Shown here piece after piece: positions 26,623-38,651 of a DNA stretch of 64,000 nt. The DNA comes from Camelus dromedarius. Taxonomy: Eukaryota. Location: the NCBI RefSeq assembly GCF_036321535.1, contig NC_087437.1, positions 48,052,001 through 48,116,000 on the forward strand, read 5' to 3'. The notes under the pieces were generated by a model that saw nothing but the letters and a program-made list of their open reading frames with translations, made no database searches and was not told where the DNA came from. Each line of letters opens with the position of its first letter. Position 1 is the stretch's first letter. A program made the translations under genes and the position numbers.

Positions 26623-29600
26623 CTGAGAACAAATGAATACAGGTGTCAAAGGGCACTGTTGAACAGCAAAATCAGATGAATTAAAATGCAGCCTTGCAAC
26701 AAAATGAGAATAGCAAGCCTACCAAAAAGATAAATAAATCAATAAATAATGGGGTAGGGGCGAGAAAGAAAAAAAAAGGGGTGGGGAGTGAGGCTTTTAG
26801 CATTGTCAACATACTTTTGATGCAGCCAACTTTAATTTTTAAAGCTCAAGCTTTTTTTCTCCTCCTAGAACAGTTTGAGGATTATTCTGTAATTTCAATA
26901 TGCAGAAACTGACATTTAGTGAATCACAGTACCTAAGGGCCAGTCCCACTTTTACTTGGATGACAAACTCCTACTGAGTCTGGAAACAGTGACTTCAGAT
27001 CTTGAGGTGACACATTCTGGCTAGGGCTGGTCAGTCAGTGCTATGTGCTAAGAGCACACACAGATCCGTGTGTGTGGATACATGCTCTTTTTCTCCTGCT
27101 CTCAAAAAGCTCAAGTCACCTAAAGGTATACACCCTTCCTTACATATCCTTGGAATGCTTTCAATAGTGTATAAGCAATATTATTTTGAGAGAGTAGAAA
27201 ATGTTATATTAACTGTACAAGTATCCAGTAGATATGTTTGTGAAAATCTGTATGTAGGATAGATTTCTGTAAATTCAATTATATCTCCCCATTGGTTTGT
27301 TCTCTAATTTCAGAAATCTTTCAGTTTGATTTTTATTAGACCTCATTATCAGTGGCAGCCAACTATTTACTTGCAGTTACTCTGCACCTCTTTGAATCCA
27401 AACATCCTTAAATTCTGTTTCTATGGCTAAGAGAAAAAATACACAAGATACACAAGTGATTAGTTCCTAAATGAACTGTCTTTAGTTTTTTGGGAGTTTT
27501 TATATAGGCCTTTCTTAAAAGGGGCATAGCCACCTAGTTTTCTACTTGTTATAAAAAAAGATGTGTCAAAAAACCTCTAGGGTTTTAAATACCTATTTGC
27601 ACGGCTGTATTTTAAGAGACATGCAAAATAACAAATGGTTTTGGAGTATTGCCAAATCAAAATATTTTATATGACTCAGTTTCACATCATTATTTCTCTG
27701 GCACAGTGTTTTTATATTATAGTGGTATTATAGCTTAAAGCTTATGGAAGATGGCAAGAGACCTAAATAATGGTAAATATGGGAAGAAAAAAATGCAATT
27801 CTATTATTGCTGAAGGAGGAATATGGAAACCTTCAGTGATCCTTTGGGGACTGAAAACCAAGAGGCACATTTGGTACTTTTATATATTCACACTATTATC
27901 TTTAAATAAATCTCAGCTCTTCGCTAGAGTCTAACATTTTCACATAGAATTGGCAATTTGATTTTCATACATATTAATTTGTGCACATTATCATGGGCTA
28001 AGTAATGAGAATGCTCATTTTTCTTTTAGTATTCAAATCACGGAGACAGAAATTTCTTCAAGTATTGTAAGTTTTGGTGTTACTTGGTATAAAGACTCAC
28101 AGATTTCTCTAGGAATCAAATTATCTGAGGTCTGGTTCTAGGTCTTCCTGGCCTAGGCTCAAGTGTATACGGAGCAAAGACTCAATACAACCAACAAAAC
28201 TGCGACTTTAAAATACGTATAAATATGCACGTGTGATGTCATAACTATCTCTTCGTTAGCCGTTATTTCTCTGAAGAAGAAATCTGATTTTATTCATAGA
28301 TAACTAAAAAAGTTTAGTTATCCTCTTAGCCATAGTGTGGAGAAATATCAACTATTATGTAAAGATAAATATTATTTATATTCCACAAAAAGCCCCTTAT
28401 GCTTTTTCTTTAGTTTGGATACAATTAAATTCCTTTGTAAAAAAAGGACTAACAGTTTTTTTTCCAAATCATAGCTCTTTGAGTAGATGTGTGGAATAGA
28501 CCCAAATTCCCTATAGTTTTAGAAGACCGGGATATTAGATTTCTATAGGCACTTCCAGTTGTAAACACTGAAAAATGGTAGTCTAAATTTGATAAAAGAA
28601 TTCTAGAAAGTAAAACCTTTGTCCACATAAACACCTAAATGGAAAAACAAAGGAAAAGGCACAATTAATGGAAAGGCCTATCCTTTTAGTCAAGTCTGCT
28701 TTACCAAAGGTAATAGAATTTTTTTTTTCTTACTTTGGGGAGTCTCTCTCTTCATTCAGACTTTAGCCTTATTATCTGGAGAAAGCATCTCTGGCATTCT
28801 CATATGTTCTCAGCATGGACAGAAAAGAACACCAAAGAGGAGGTTTGTTCAGAGATCCTAGGGAATCCAGGACTAAGGCATGGCTTCTCCAGTCTTTTCC
28901 TAAGCATTTGCCTCCTAAGGCCTGTGTCTGTTCCACACCTCCTGTCTTATTTGTGACCACACGTCACACCTGGGCTGATGGAGTTGTTATGCTGCCCAGT
29001 TCCCATAACTGAACTGTTCCTCTGGCTTTCTTCCACAGACACAAGTCAAAGAGGAAACAACGCATTTCTTTGTGAGTCCGTGTTTTTCAAGCTGGAGCAC
29101 AGTTTATCTGTTGGTAAATGCCAAGATTGGAGTAGGGGACAGCGGCAGGGTTTGGGGTAAGAAGATGAAGGGTTGGATTTCAGATCACATGGAGAGGTAA
29201 TTTGGGAACTGATGGTTTTTCAGTTTTGATGGCGATATGGAAGACGAAAGAGGAGATATCATGAAAAAATCTTTTCTTATAAGCTCTGAGGTCAGAGGCT
29301 ATGTCTTACTTATATTTCTTGGAATCAAATGTCTTCATAGAAGAGGGGTTCAACAAAGGGCTACCAAGAGGGATAGTGACTCTGCAGAAACTGAAGATAC
29401 AAAACTATCCATCTTAAGCAGTCCAATTTTGAACTCTCTTCAGTCTGATGAATTTAGGAATCATTATTTTAGCCACACTAAGTCCTGTTTTATTTTATTT
29501 ATATAGCTAAGAATAGCTTTTCACATGTCCCCTTCTCATTTTCAAACAAATTTATGATTTCCCTACAGTGACTTGAGAATGAGTAAATCTTTTAGGTCAC

Positions 29601-30894
29601 AAAGGAATATCGCAAACTGAACAGAATCCCCTACATAGCTCGCTCAAGTTTTACTTCCAAATTGTGTGCCTTTTATTCTGTCTCTGTTTATGGGTAGGAT
29701 ACAGCTTATTGACTTTCTCTAAGAATTACTTCCTTCAGTTTGAAAATCCTTTGTGAACTTACCTCATTTCATCCTTTTGGTACAGAGTACGTTGATGTTA
29801 TAACAATAATAGAAGGTGAGTGAAGTGGTTCCCATGTTTTCTTGAATAACTAAGTTGGAATGGCTGCAATTTTGGTCCATTCGGATTACCATAAATGAAT
29901 TAAAATGACCCACTTCATTAGGTGCTAAGGCCTTTGTCTCACTTTGTTTACATTTAAAATGTTCCTTTATTATCCTTCTTTGTCCTCTTCTCAATATTTA
30001 GATTAGTTCAAAGGCCTTTCTAATGGCAACAGATTCTCATTTCTCTTTAAAGACCCTGTTCTACTGGCACACTGTCTGGAAACCTACTTTGGCACTAGGC
30101 AGCGAGGGCCCTCTTACAGGACCTCCAGGTTCCCATGTGTTACTTGGTTTTCTAACCTTATGTTTATCTGCTTTTCTCCCACTAGACTATGACTTCTTTG
30201 AGGGTAGAGACTTTATCCAATTACTTGTTTGTATCTCATTAGTAGCAGATTAATAAATGCTGACTGATTTTATACAGTCTAACTGAAAGGTGATTTGTAC
30301 AAAAGAATGATTGCATGGGCGTCCTCAATTTCATGCTGGGTTTGATCAACTAACAGAGAGGCCAGTGCCCCTCAGAAATGTTTGCCAATTTCCTGGCAGG
30401 TTTTAAACCACAAATCTAAGTCCATTTTCCTCCACTGTCACATCATTTAAATGCTTGGAAAACTAGAGCTACCTAAAGGAACATTTCCAAATGCAAGGCT
30501 TCTGTTGAGAAGTCAAGAATGCAAAGAATGAATGTCTAATGAGACAAACAGAAATAAAGGCATGGGCCTGCCTTACTCCATCCTTGGAAGAAGGATAAGG
30601 ATCAGTGCAAATGAGAGGCCAGTGGCACTTCAAGACATAACACTATCATCACACTTGGGGATTTTAAGTCAGAGATTCAAATTTGGAGATTTTGAGTGAA
30701 AACCCTTACATGGTCAATGAACATGGAAACAAAAGGAAACAGAAGTAAGAAGACAGATGAGAACTTGCATGTAGGGACTTCTTGTTGCTGAGAATTCAAA
30801 AAACTATTGAAACTTTACAACTTCCTTGTAATCATCAGTTGTAAATGAAATATTCAGTCAAACCTCTTCAATTTGCTTATGACTTGGTCATTTG

Positions 30895-30992
30895 ATGTGG
30901 CTAATGGTAGCCACCACAGGACCAAATTGATTCTTTCCAAAGGTAGAGCCCAATTCTTCTCCCCTTGAATATGAGTTGGAGTTAGTGACTAA
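30895..30992 (+). mobile_element. MLT1-like LTR fragment abutting the SINE
   Basis: ctccccttgaatatgagttggagttagtgact resembles an MLT1 LTR segment. Confidence 0.45.
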
Positions 30993-31007
30993 ATTTTTAA
31001 AAAAAGA

Positions 31008-31143
31008 ATTATTTATTTTTATTTTATTTAAATTGTTGGGGGGGGAGTTCATTAGGTTTATCTATTTTATTTTTTAGTGGATTGAACCCCAGACCTCGTG
31101 CCTGCTAGTCATGCACTCTTCCCACTGAGCTATACCCTCCCCC
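31008..31143 (-). mobile_element. Camelid tRNA-derived SINE (Vic-1-like)
   Basis: Reverse complement GGGGGAGGGTATAGCTCAGTGG...GGTTCAATCC...AAACCTAATGAACTCCCCCC followed by an A-rich tail; Pol III A and B boxes present. Confidence 0.88.
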
Positions 31144-32634
31144 TCCTGGTTCTTATTTTATATCAATACTATGTTTAGTTTTGAACAAAATGCAGACTAT
31201 ATCATCCAGCTTTAATGAATTACTGTCTGTTTTAGAACTTTGTCTAAAAATGCATTTGCCTTAGTTCACCTTGAATTTCCTTAATTTCAATGTTAAAAAA
31301 TTAAATTATTATATGATACAGGGGAACATTTAACCAAGATGAAAGGAGAGTATTTTGTTTTTAAATACTACCTGCTACCTAATCTCCAGTGCATGTTTAT
31401 ATAGCTTGTTTTATGACTTAACCCTAAGTTTATTTATCTTTAAACAGTATATTGCTTAGGTGTTTTATTAAAAATATAGAGCTAAACTTTGTGATAACTT
31501 ATATTACTCTGTATTAACTACAAAACAAAATATGTTTTAGATGATAAAACAAGGTCTGTAAAGGATAATAATCCATTATTTCATAATTTTACACTTCAGA
31601 TTGATGATCTCAAACTATTATTTTATTTTAAAATAAAATATTCTATTTTATTTTAAAATATTTTAGTATTTAAAGAATAATTTTAAAAGTTAAAACATTG
31701 AAGCTAATAAGTTAATAAACAGCTGACAAATGTCTCATATTGCAATCTTGGTTAGAAAAAAATTTGTAAAAATATACCAGTCTTTTTATGTCATCTAAGT
31801 AATAGGAAAAAATTTAAGATTTTGTTTTTATATAAATAAAAACACAAATGGGCTTTTAAAAGATGTATCTTTATGCATTTTAAACATTCCTTTTATTATT
31901 TGTGACTGTTGATTCAAAGTATGTATCACTTGTTAAGTAGGTTTTTGTTCATAATTCTGTAAACTATCTGTTTATTAGTCCTATCCAAGTTTAGAAATTT
32001 GATGGGCCAAGTGCATCAAAATAGTGATCATATTAAAACTAAGCTGACTGATTCAATCCATTGAAAAAATGAGACAACTAAATCTTACTATGCATCACTT
32101 ATGCATTCAGCCTTTGAGAGCTTTGTCATGGTAACTCGGACACCGACAGAATTAATTTCTCATGAGCTAATAGGACTCATGGTACTGCCTCATCCCCCAG
32201 TTCCTGGAAATGGTCCCAGTGGATCTTCCTGTAAAGGATTAACCATGTGATAATTTTCAACTCTTTGACTTGATCTAAATGTCAACCAAGCAACTACAAA
32301 TATTTTCCTGACAGGATAGTTAGACTTTAAAATGTGAATCTGTTCATGGGGAAATAAATATGACTGTTCACACCTTGGCTAGTGCTAACATGAAGGCAGG
32401 TGGGAGAGTATAATTAAAGTAATTGTTTCAAGTTAGTAACAGAAACCCAAACAAGGCTATTTTTAGTAGCTTTGAGAATGTTTTTCCAGTCAAGGACATT
32501 ACTCTTTATCAGACACAAAGTCAAACCAATGCCTAGGTTTAAGAGGTGGGGACAGATAGAAAAACAAAGGCAGAGTTAAAAAAAATTCCCTTAACAAGAA
32601 TGTCTGGAACACAGTTTTAAGACCCTGTGCTTTA

Positions 32635-32672
32635 CAACAACAACAACAACAAAAAAAAAAAAAAAAAAAAAG
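32635..32672. repeat. (CAA)n followed by a 22-nt A run
   Basis: caacaacaacaacaac followed by poly-A. Confidence 0.85.
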
Positions 32673-32885
32673 GAAGGGGGGAACTATATTTTGCTAAAAA
32701 AACGACCAGGGATGTGGTTAAAATGGAAATTTCTGAAGGTTCTTTATGAGAGAAAAATATTCGCTAAAGTCATTTCATTCTCATAAAGAAGAATACAATT
32801 TCTCCTACGATATACTCAATCTTCTGGCACATAGTTTTCCTTTGTACCCTCAAACTGGATTTATTTATACTATTACAGTCTGGAG

Positions 32886-33202
32886 CAATGCTGTTCAATA
32901 GAAATATAATGAGAGTCTGGTAATTTTAAATTTTCAAGTAGCTACTTTAAAAACTGTGAAAAGAGACAGGTGAAAATAATTTTAATAACACATTTTATTT
33001 AGCTCAATATATCCAAAATATTATCACTTAAACTTGTAATCAATATAAAAATGATTAATGTGATAGTTTACGTTATTTTTCTTTGGACTAAATCTTCAAA
33101 AGTTGATATGTATTTTATATTTATAGCATTTATCAATTGGGGGTACCCACAGAACACTCAATAGCCATGTGTGGCTAGTGGCTGCTGTACTGAACAGCAC
33201 AG
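32886..33202. mobile_element. MER33-like hAT-Charlie non-autonomous DNA transposon
   Basis: Terminal inverted repeats caatgctgttcaat / actgaacagcacag. 8-bp TSD GTCTGGAG (32878-32885) / GTCTAGAG (33203-33210) fits the Charlie NTCTAGAN target. Confidence 0.85.
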
Positions 33203-35981
33203 GTCTAGAGAAACTTTACTTCTTCCAGGAATTGATGGCTCAGATATTCTTTTTCCCTTTCAAACCTTTCATCAATGCACATTTGTTTCCATACTGTTTG
33301 ACTTAAACAGTGTTAGTCTAGGACAGCGTGAACTTGAGCTTCTATGGAAAGCTTGATATACTGTTTAACACAGAAGTAATAATTAAATGAAACAAAAAGA
33401 GCAATTCTCGGGGGGGGGGGGTCCAGCAATTTCAGAGTTCAAGTCACCTGGCCAACTCTTCTGTTTTGTTCAATTTGTTCAATGTCCTACAAATGAATTG
33501 ACTGGCGTATGCTTGGCTAAATCCCTCTATAAGCAATCCTAATAATCACATAATACAAAAATGTTTCCATATAAACTATTCTACACTTCACAGTCTGTAG
33601 AATGAAGTTACTAAACAAGTCAGGGACTCAGTGTTTCAAGGGCTTATCTGTATTTTATTGATTGTGATTGTCCTGAAGACAGCAATTAGCTCTGGATGTT
33701 TCTGGAATCTATGAATGAGCAGCTGGCATCGACACGCTGGTGATGAAGATGAGTCAATGTACTCGGCAGTATGTAGCACTATGTCGTAGGGGCTTTGCAG
33801 GAGACACCAGGACAGACATGTTTCCAGACACTAATACATTCACACAGGGGAACGAGTAAGAATGTGGTATGGTACACAGATTGGATGCTGTGGTTGCCAT
33901 GAGAAGTACTCACTTTTTCAGATCATTCTGCTGCTTTTTGGCTTGTGCACGCCACTGGTGCATGGCAGGGAAGAAGCCACTTGTGTATAGTGGAAAAAGT
34001 ATATCAACTAATAAAACTGCATTCGACTGAGAAATAATTGTATCACAGCTGTCACTGGATTAATTCCATAAAATTATCAACACAATAGGTGCATTGCATT
34101 TTATGAATCAGAACTCCCTGTGTGCTGATTCATAAACTAGCCAGTATGCGACAAGAATATGATGCATCAAAGGAAGCGTTTATATCATCTTCATGCAGTA
34201 AAATCGTAGCTAGTACCTCAAAACACTTAATGCAACATTAGACAGGGATTAAAGAAGGAACTTGGTACACACAAGTGTTCTGAGTATGAGAAAATGGTAA
34301 TCATCACAGTTTCTTTTCTAAATTAAAAATCAAAAATATTATTTTGCACTATATTTAAATTCAAGTTTAGGTTATAATGGTAATTTCGGACAACTGAAAA
34401 GGATTACTGGAAAGCACATAGCAATGCATGGTTTTGAAGAAAAAGAATTTTGGGCACTAGAGCCTGTCCAAAATTGTGATGTCCTGACGTGATATGTTAT
34501 AGCATAACTATGCCAATTGCGAATTTGGATAGGTTTTATCTACTGATGTACATGGCTCTGCCATTTGCCGAGAACTCCAAAGTAGTTCTCACCTTCCATA
34601 GCCTTCACCTGAAGAACTGTGGGCTGACTATTTCAGAAATGGATTCTACAAAGGGCAGGAGATCAGTGTAAAATTGTATGCTTCACTATGTAAACTAAGT
34701 AAATAGTGGAGGCCTTGGTAAATATCAAGCAAATTTCTTTCCAACTATTACTATATGTCATTGGGAAGAAGTCATCTCTTCTTTTGGATAAAAAACTCCC
34801 AACATAAGATTTATCCCCAAATCCTGGGAATCTTTAATAACTTTTTTTATTATTCAATTTTGATGTTATATGTTGCTATAATTTTCATTACTTACAACAT
34901 AGTGTTTAGGAATGAAATAAAACCACACATGTTGGCAGCAGCTGGGGCTGTGATCTGATGATATTCTAAAAATAAGTTACCATAATTTAGCTTTGGATAT
35001 AAATGCCTTTCATGAGGAATTTAAATGGACATTTTCTAATTCTAGACATGTTCATATAAATTGGAAGTGAATCACTGCATTTACTATTGCATTATGGAAA
35101 AAAACCCCCAAATGTTTAAGATAACAATCTAATCTAAATTATAAGATAAATGCAAGTAAAAATATTTTGCATTTAAGAATTTAAAACTGATAGTTCCACA
35201 GAGTGGTGATGAATATATTATACATATGTATGTGGATTTTACAGGGTGTTTCAAAAGTCCCTGAGGACATACAGGATTCAGTCTCAGCGTGTCTTTGCAT
35301 ACAAATGCAAACCTTTTTCTATACTTGTTATAATAAATGCTGAAAATGGCCCTCATGTGCTTTTAATAGAGATGATATTTTTGTTGTCAAGGTCACTAAG
35401 TAGAAGAGGGGTCACAAATGCCATTTTCTGCATGGGGACTCAGGGACTTCTGGCTCATTCCTGTAAATTAGTTATCCACATAAATATGTATAGACATATA
35501 TGTAGTATGCATAGTCACAACAGAAATATATTTAACATTTAAGAAAATTTAGATATTCTACTGGTAAACTGACATATGTATACAATATAAGTTGTATTTA
35601 TTCACAGGAAATTTTTTTTGGTTGCTGTGGTTCAAATGTACCATTAGCTTAATTATTATTTCTTTCCCAAAGTCATTAACAAGACTCCTTTATAAAGAAG
35701 TAACATGTTTTACTTGCATGTACATTTTCTTTTTCTTTTTTTAACTAAAGTTGAGTAATGAAAATTAATATCCACAAATAATTAACTAAATGATGGAATT
35801 TTCCTTTTTTTTAAAAGAATTTTGGTTTTCATTTTATATTGTATAATTGTTTCATTGAAACTTTTTTTAAAAATTGGATCGAGTTAATGGTTTTTGTTTT
35901 TTTTTTTTCTACTTAAAAATCACAATGTCTGATATATTAACATATGTCAGCTTCCTACAGGAACCCTAAGGGTCTGCCCAC

Positions 35982-36086
35982 CTGTGATGTCATAGTAAGG
36001 AGGGGCTTTTCTTCAGCAGACTCCTCCCTCGGTATCTCCTTCATCACCATGGCAACAGCCTTATCTGCCGCCCTAGAGCCTTTTCC
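35982..36086 (-). CDS. PEX5L: PEX5L exon 4 (105 nt, phase 0-0, alternatively spliced): GKGSRAADKAVAMVMKEIPREESAEEKPLLTMTSQ
   Basis: ttatag|GGA AAA GGC TCT...ATG ACA TCA CAG|gtgggc; recognised TRIP8b exon-4 peptide. Confidence 0.96.
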
Positions 36087-38388
36087 CTATAACAGTGAAA
36101 TCAACAATGACTTGTATCAGGAGAAATCTTTAACTTATTATTTATCACAAGATATTCTAATGTTTAAAGAGCAATCCAACATAAATGAAGAGGTAGGCTG
36201 CTGCAAGTGAATCTTGAGGCTTTTGGCTGAGGAGAAAACACACAAAATCTGAAAAAAGATTATTTGTGAACTTTTTAGTTAGCTACTTTCTCACCTTTAC
36301 AGCTGACATATTATATTTAATTTTAACATAGTATTTTATATGTATAATATATTTTAAGGCATTTTACATGACATGACATAATTTTTATAGTATTGATTTA
36401 AAAACACTATGGCTTGCCTGCTATGTTCATTTATAAATTATTCTTATATAATCCCTAAATCTTTTGAATGATAGTGAAGAGCCTGGGGTAGGGATTAGGA
36501 TTGGGGTCTCAACCCCAAAGAGGACTTTTGCTGGGTGATCTCTGGAGTCTGTCATTTTTGAGTGGATTGGGCATAAAGAGAGTAAATTTGTCATAAAACC
36601 TCTAAAAATTCTTCAGTGGCCTAAAATCACAGGAATTCGCCCAGCTTGTTTATTTTGTAGAGGTAGTTATGAAAAAAATTTGCAACTCTCAACGTTCTTG
36701 AGACCAAAGAATTTAATAGGATTTTAGAAATGTCTTTTAATTGGAGAATTCCAGAAATCCAGATGTAAATAAAGGATGGTTAATAATTGAGGTACTGATA
36801 TATAGATATCTACATTTTTTTTTTGTCTCATATAAGCAGCATTCTGGACTGTGAAGGGGTGTGCTGGCTTTCTGTGGTTTTAGTTTACCAGATTATTAAG
36901 TTTTTGAGAGCAGATATGGCACAATGGAAAAAACAAAAACCAAAATATCACCTTCCCAACCCAATTAGCAACATGTCATACTACGTAAAAATTAAATAAT
37001 CTTAAACACCTTAAAAGCAAAAACTTCCATTTTCTTTGGTCTCTGGGTAGAGCCTCCCTGGAGAAAACCATTTTCTACTAAGTGCACACCTGAATATCTG
37101 TGTTGTAAATCTACTTAAATTACTGATGTAGCATACAGAGATATCACAGGCAAAGAAACAAAAATGGACAGGGGGTCCGTTGTCTGAAAGGGAATTAAGA
37201 GCTAAGGTCAATATTAACTCTTGAGGTTAATAAATCTTGATAGTTTCTATACAAAAAAAATGATAGAATTACATTATCATCTTTGGTTTCCACAGGGCTT
37301 TAAGTATTTAGAAGGTAGGTTTACTCTTGGAAGCAAAACAATGTTCATTTTCTCAGGCATTGCCTTTGCAAAATGTAACAAGTGGCTGCTTTTATTTTGA
37401 GAACAAAGAAAAACTTTCTGTATAGTTAACTATATTTAAAAATATGTGAATCTACATTGCTGAAAGTTTGTGTCTTTGGTTTGTTTTGACTTAAGAACTA
37501 GCATTATTGAATGATAATGTGTTATTTCTATAAAGGAATGTTAACTATTCGAGATTTTATTCATCAGATATAACACTAGTAATTTTCATATGTGTTCTGA
37601 AAAGTTTAAATGGGCACAATCCTTAGATTAACTAACTTCAGGAAGAATAAAGGGAAACAGTGATTCATTCATTGCCTAATTGGGATGCATAATGATCCCG
37701 GGTTTTTCCTTTAATGAATCAATGTCAACTTCCTAAAATAGAGATACATATAACTCTGAATTCTGGGAAAAGACTTACTATGGCACTATTAAACTATCTG
37801 ACATATTTTCAAACTATAAAAATTATTTGGATGAAACATTATATACTATCAGCTTAACGTACCTTTATAAGCTATACTCATTTACAGGCTAAATGTAGTT
37901 TAACAAATATTTTTGCAGCTTGTTTTTTTCCAAAAGAGCAAAATCATTTGTGAAGAATTCTTTCCATGCTCCAAGAAGTTTAATAATACAGCAATAAACA
38001 AAGTGGCATGCTTATATTTAAATTCCTAATATATTTTTAAAAACATATCTAATGTTACAAGGTATAATTAAAGAATTTCAATTCAGACTCTTCTCGGGCT
38101 AAGAAAAAAATGTCAATTGATAAGCATCTCAAAAAATTTCTGGTGAATATTTTGATATACCATTTATTTGAAATGCTACCAATCCATAAACTATATACAG
38201 GTATTTTTCATATGTGCAACTATATAATAGCTAGAATTAGCAACGGACATGCCATTTCACTAAAACAAAACCAAAACAAAACAAAAATTAGTCCTTTCAT
38301 GCTGAACTCTAGAACAAAGCAGTGGTCAGCTAGAAAGGATGTATAATAATCACATGCGGTGCTTTTTATTTCTTGCAGAAAAACCCAC

Positions 38389-38454
38389 CAAAGCCAGGGT
38401 CAGGTCACTTTTTTGAAGACAGTGCCACTTTTTCTTCAAGGTTACACCTACTAC
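38389..38454 (-). CDS. PEX5L: PEX5L alternative cassette exon 3 (66 nt, phase 0-0): VVGVTLKKKWHCLQKSDLTLAL
   Basis: Minus strand reads ctctttcag|GTA GTA GGT GTA ACC TTG AAG AAA AAG TGG...GCT TTG|gtgggt. 22 open codons in frame with exon 4. The peptide matches my recollection of a PEX5L N-terminal splice isoform. Not in the ORF track. Confidence 0.8.
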
Positions 38455-38593
38455 CTGAAAGAGTCATGACACCCAGGTTAGTGCCTGCTAGCAACTTTTT
38501 TTCTTTACAGCCTTTTTGGCTTTTGAATTATTACCCAACGAGCCTCACTGCTTTACAAGTGTGGTACAGTCTGAGAAGAGAGCAGGAAGGTCG

Positions 38594-38651
38594 GTCACGT
38601 GACATCTCCACGACTCCAGACAGTGTCTAAAACCACTGCCAAATCACGTGA
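38594..38651. promoter_or_regulatory. Paired palindromic E-boxes (GTCACGTGAC and TCACGTGA)
   Basis: GTCACGTGAC at 38594-38603 and TCACGTGA at 38644-38651, the consensus for USF/MiT-TFE (CLEAR)/BHLHE40-type bHLH factors. Function is inferred only. Confidence 0.4.

Larger units (their letters stand above)
4733..38454 (-). other. PEX5L: PEX5L/TRIP8b gene, partial: span of identified exons 3-9; the gene is inferred to continue beyond both window ends
   Basis: Six exons (105+112+195+124+97+96 = 729 nt) join with compatible phases and GT-AG ends into GKGSRAADKAVAMVMKE...RNHSLEEEFERAKAAVE, recognised as the N-terminal half of PEX5L/TRIP8b. Confidence 0.97.

Noticed and set aside
31080..31143. tRNA gene
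   Set aside because: The tRNA-like A/B boxes belong to a SINE head followed by the SINE body and A-rich tail; there is no intact cloverleaf.
35944..36210. Plus-strand ORFs overlapping exons (also 13736..14077, 18391..18585 and 38373..38630)
   Set aside because: These are antisense shadows of the minus-strand PEX5L exons, with no independent support.
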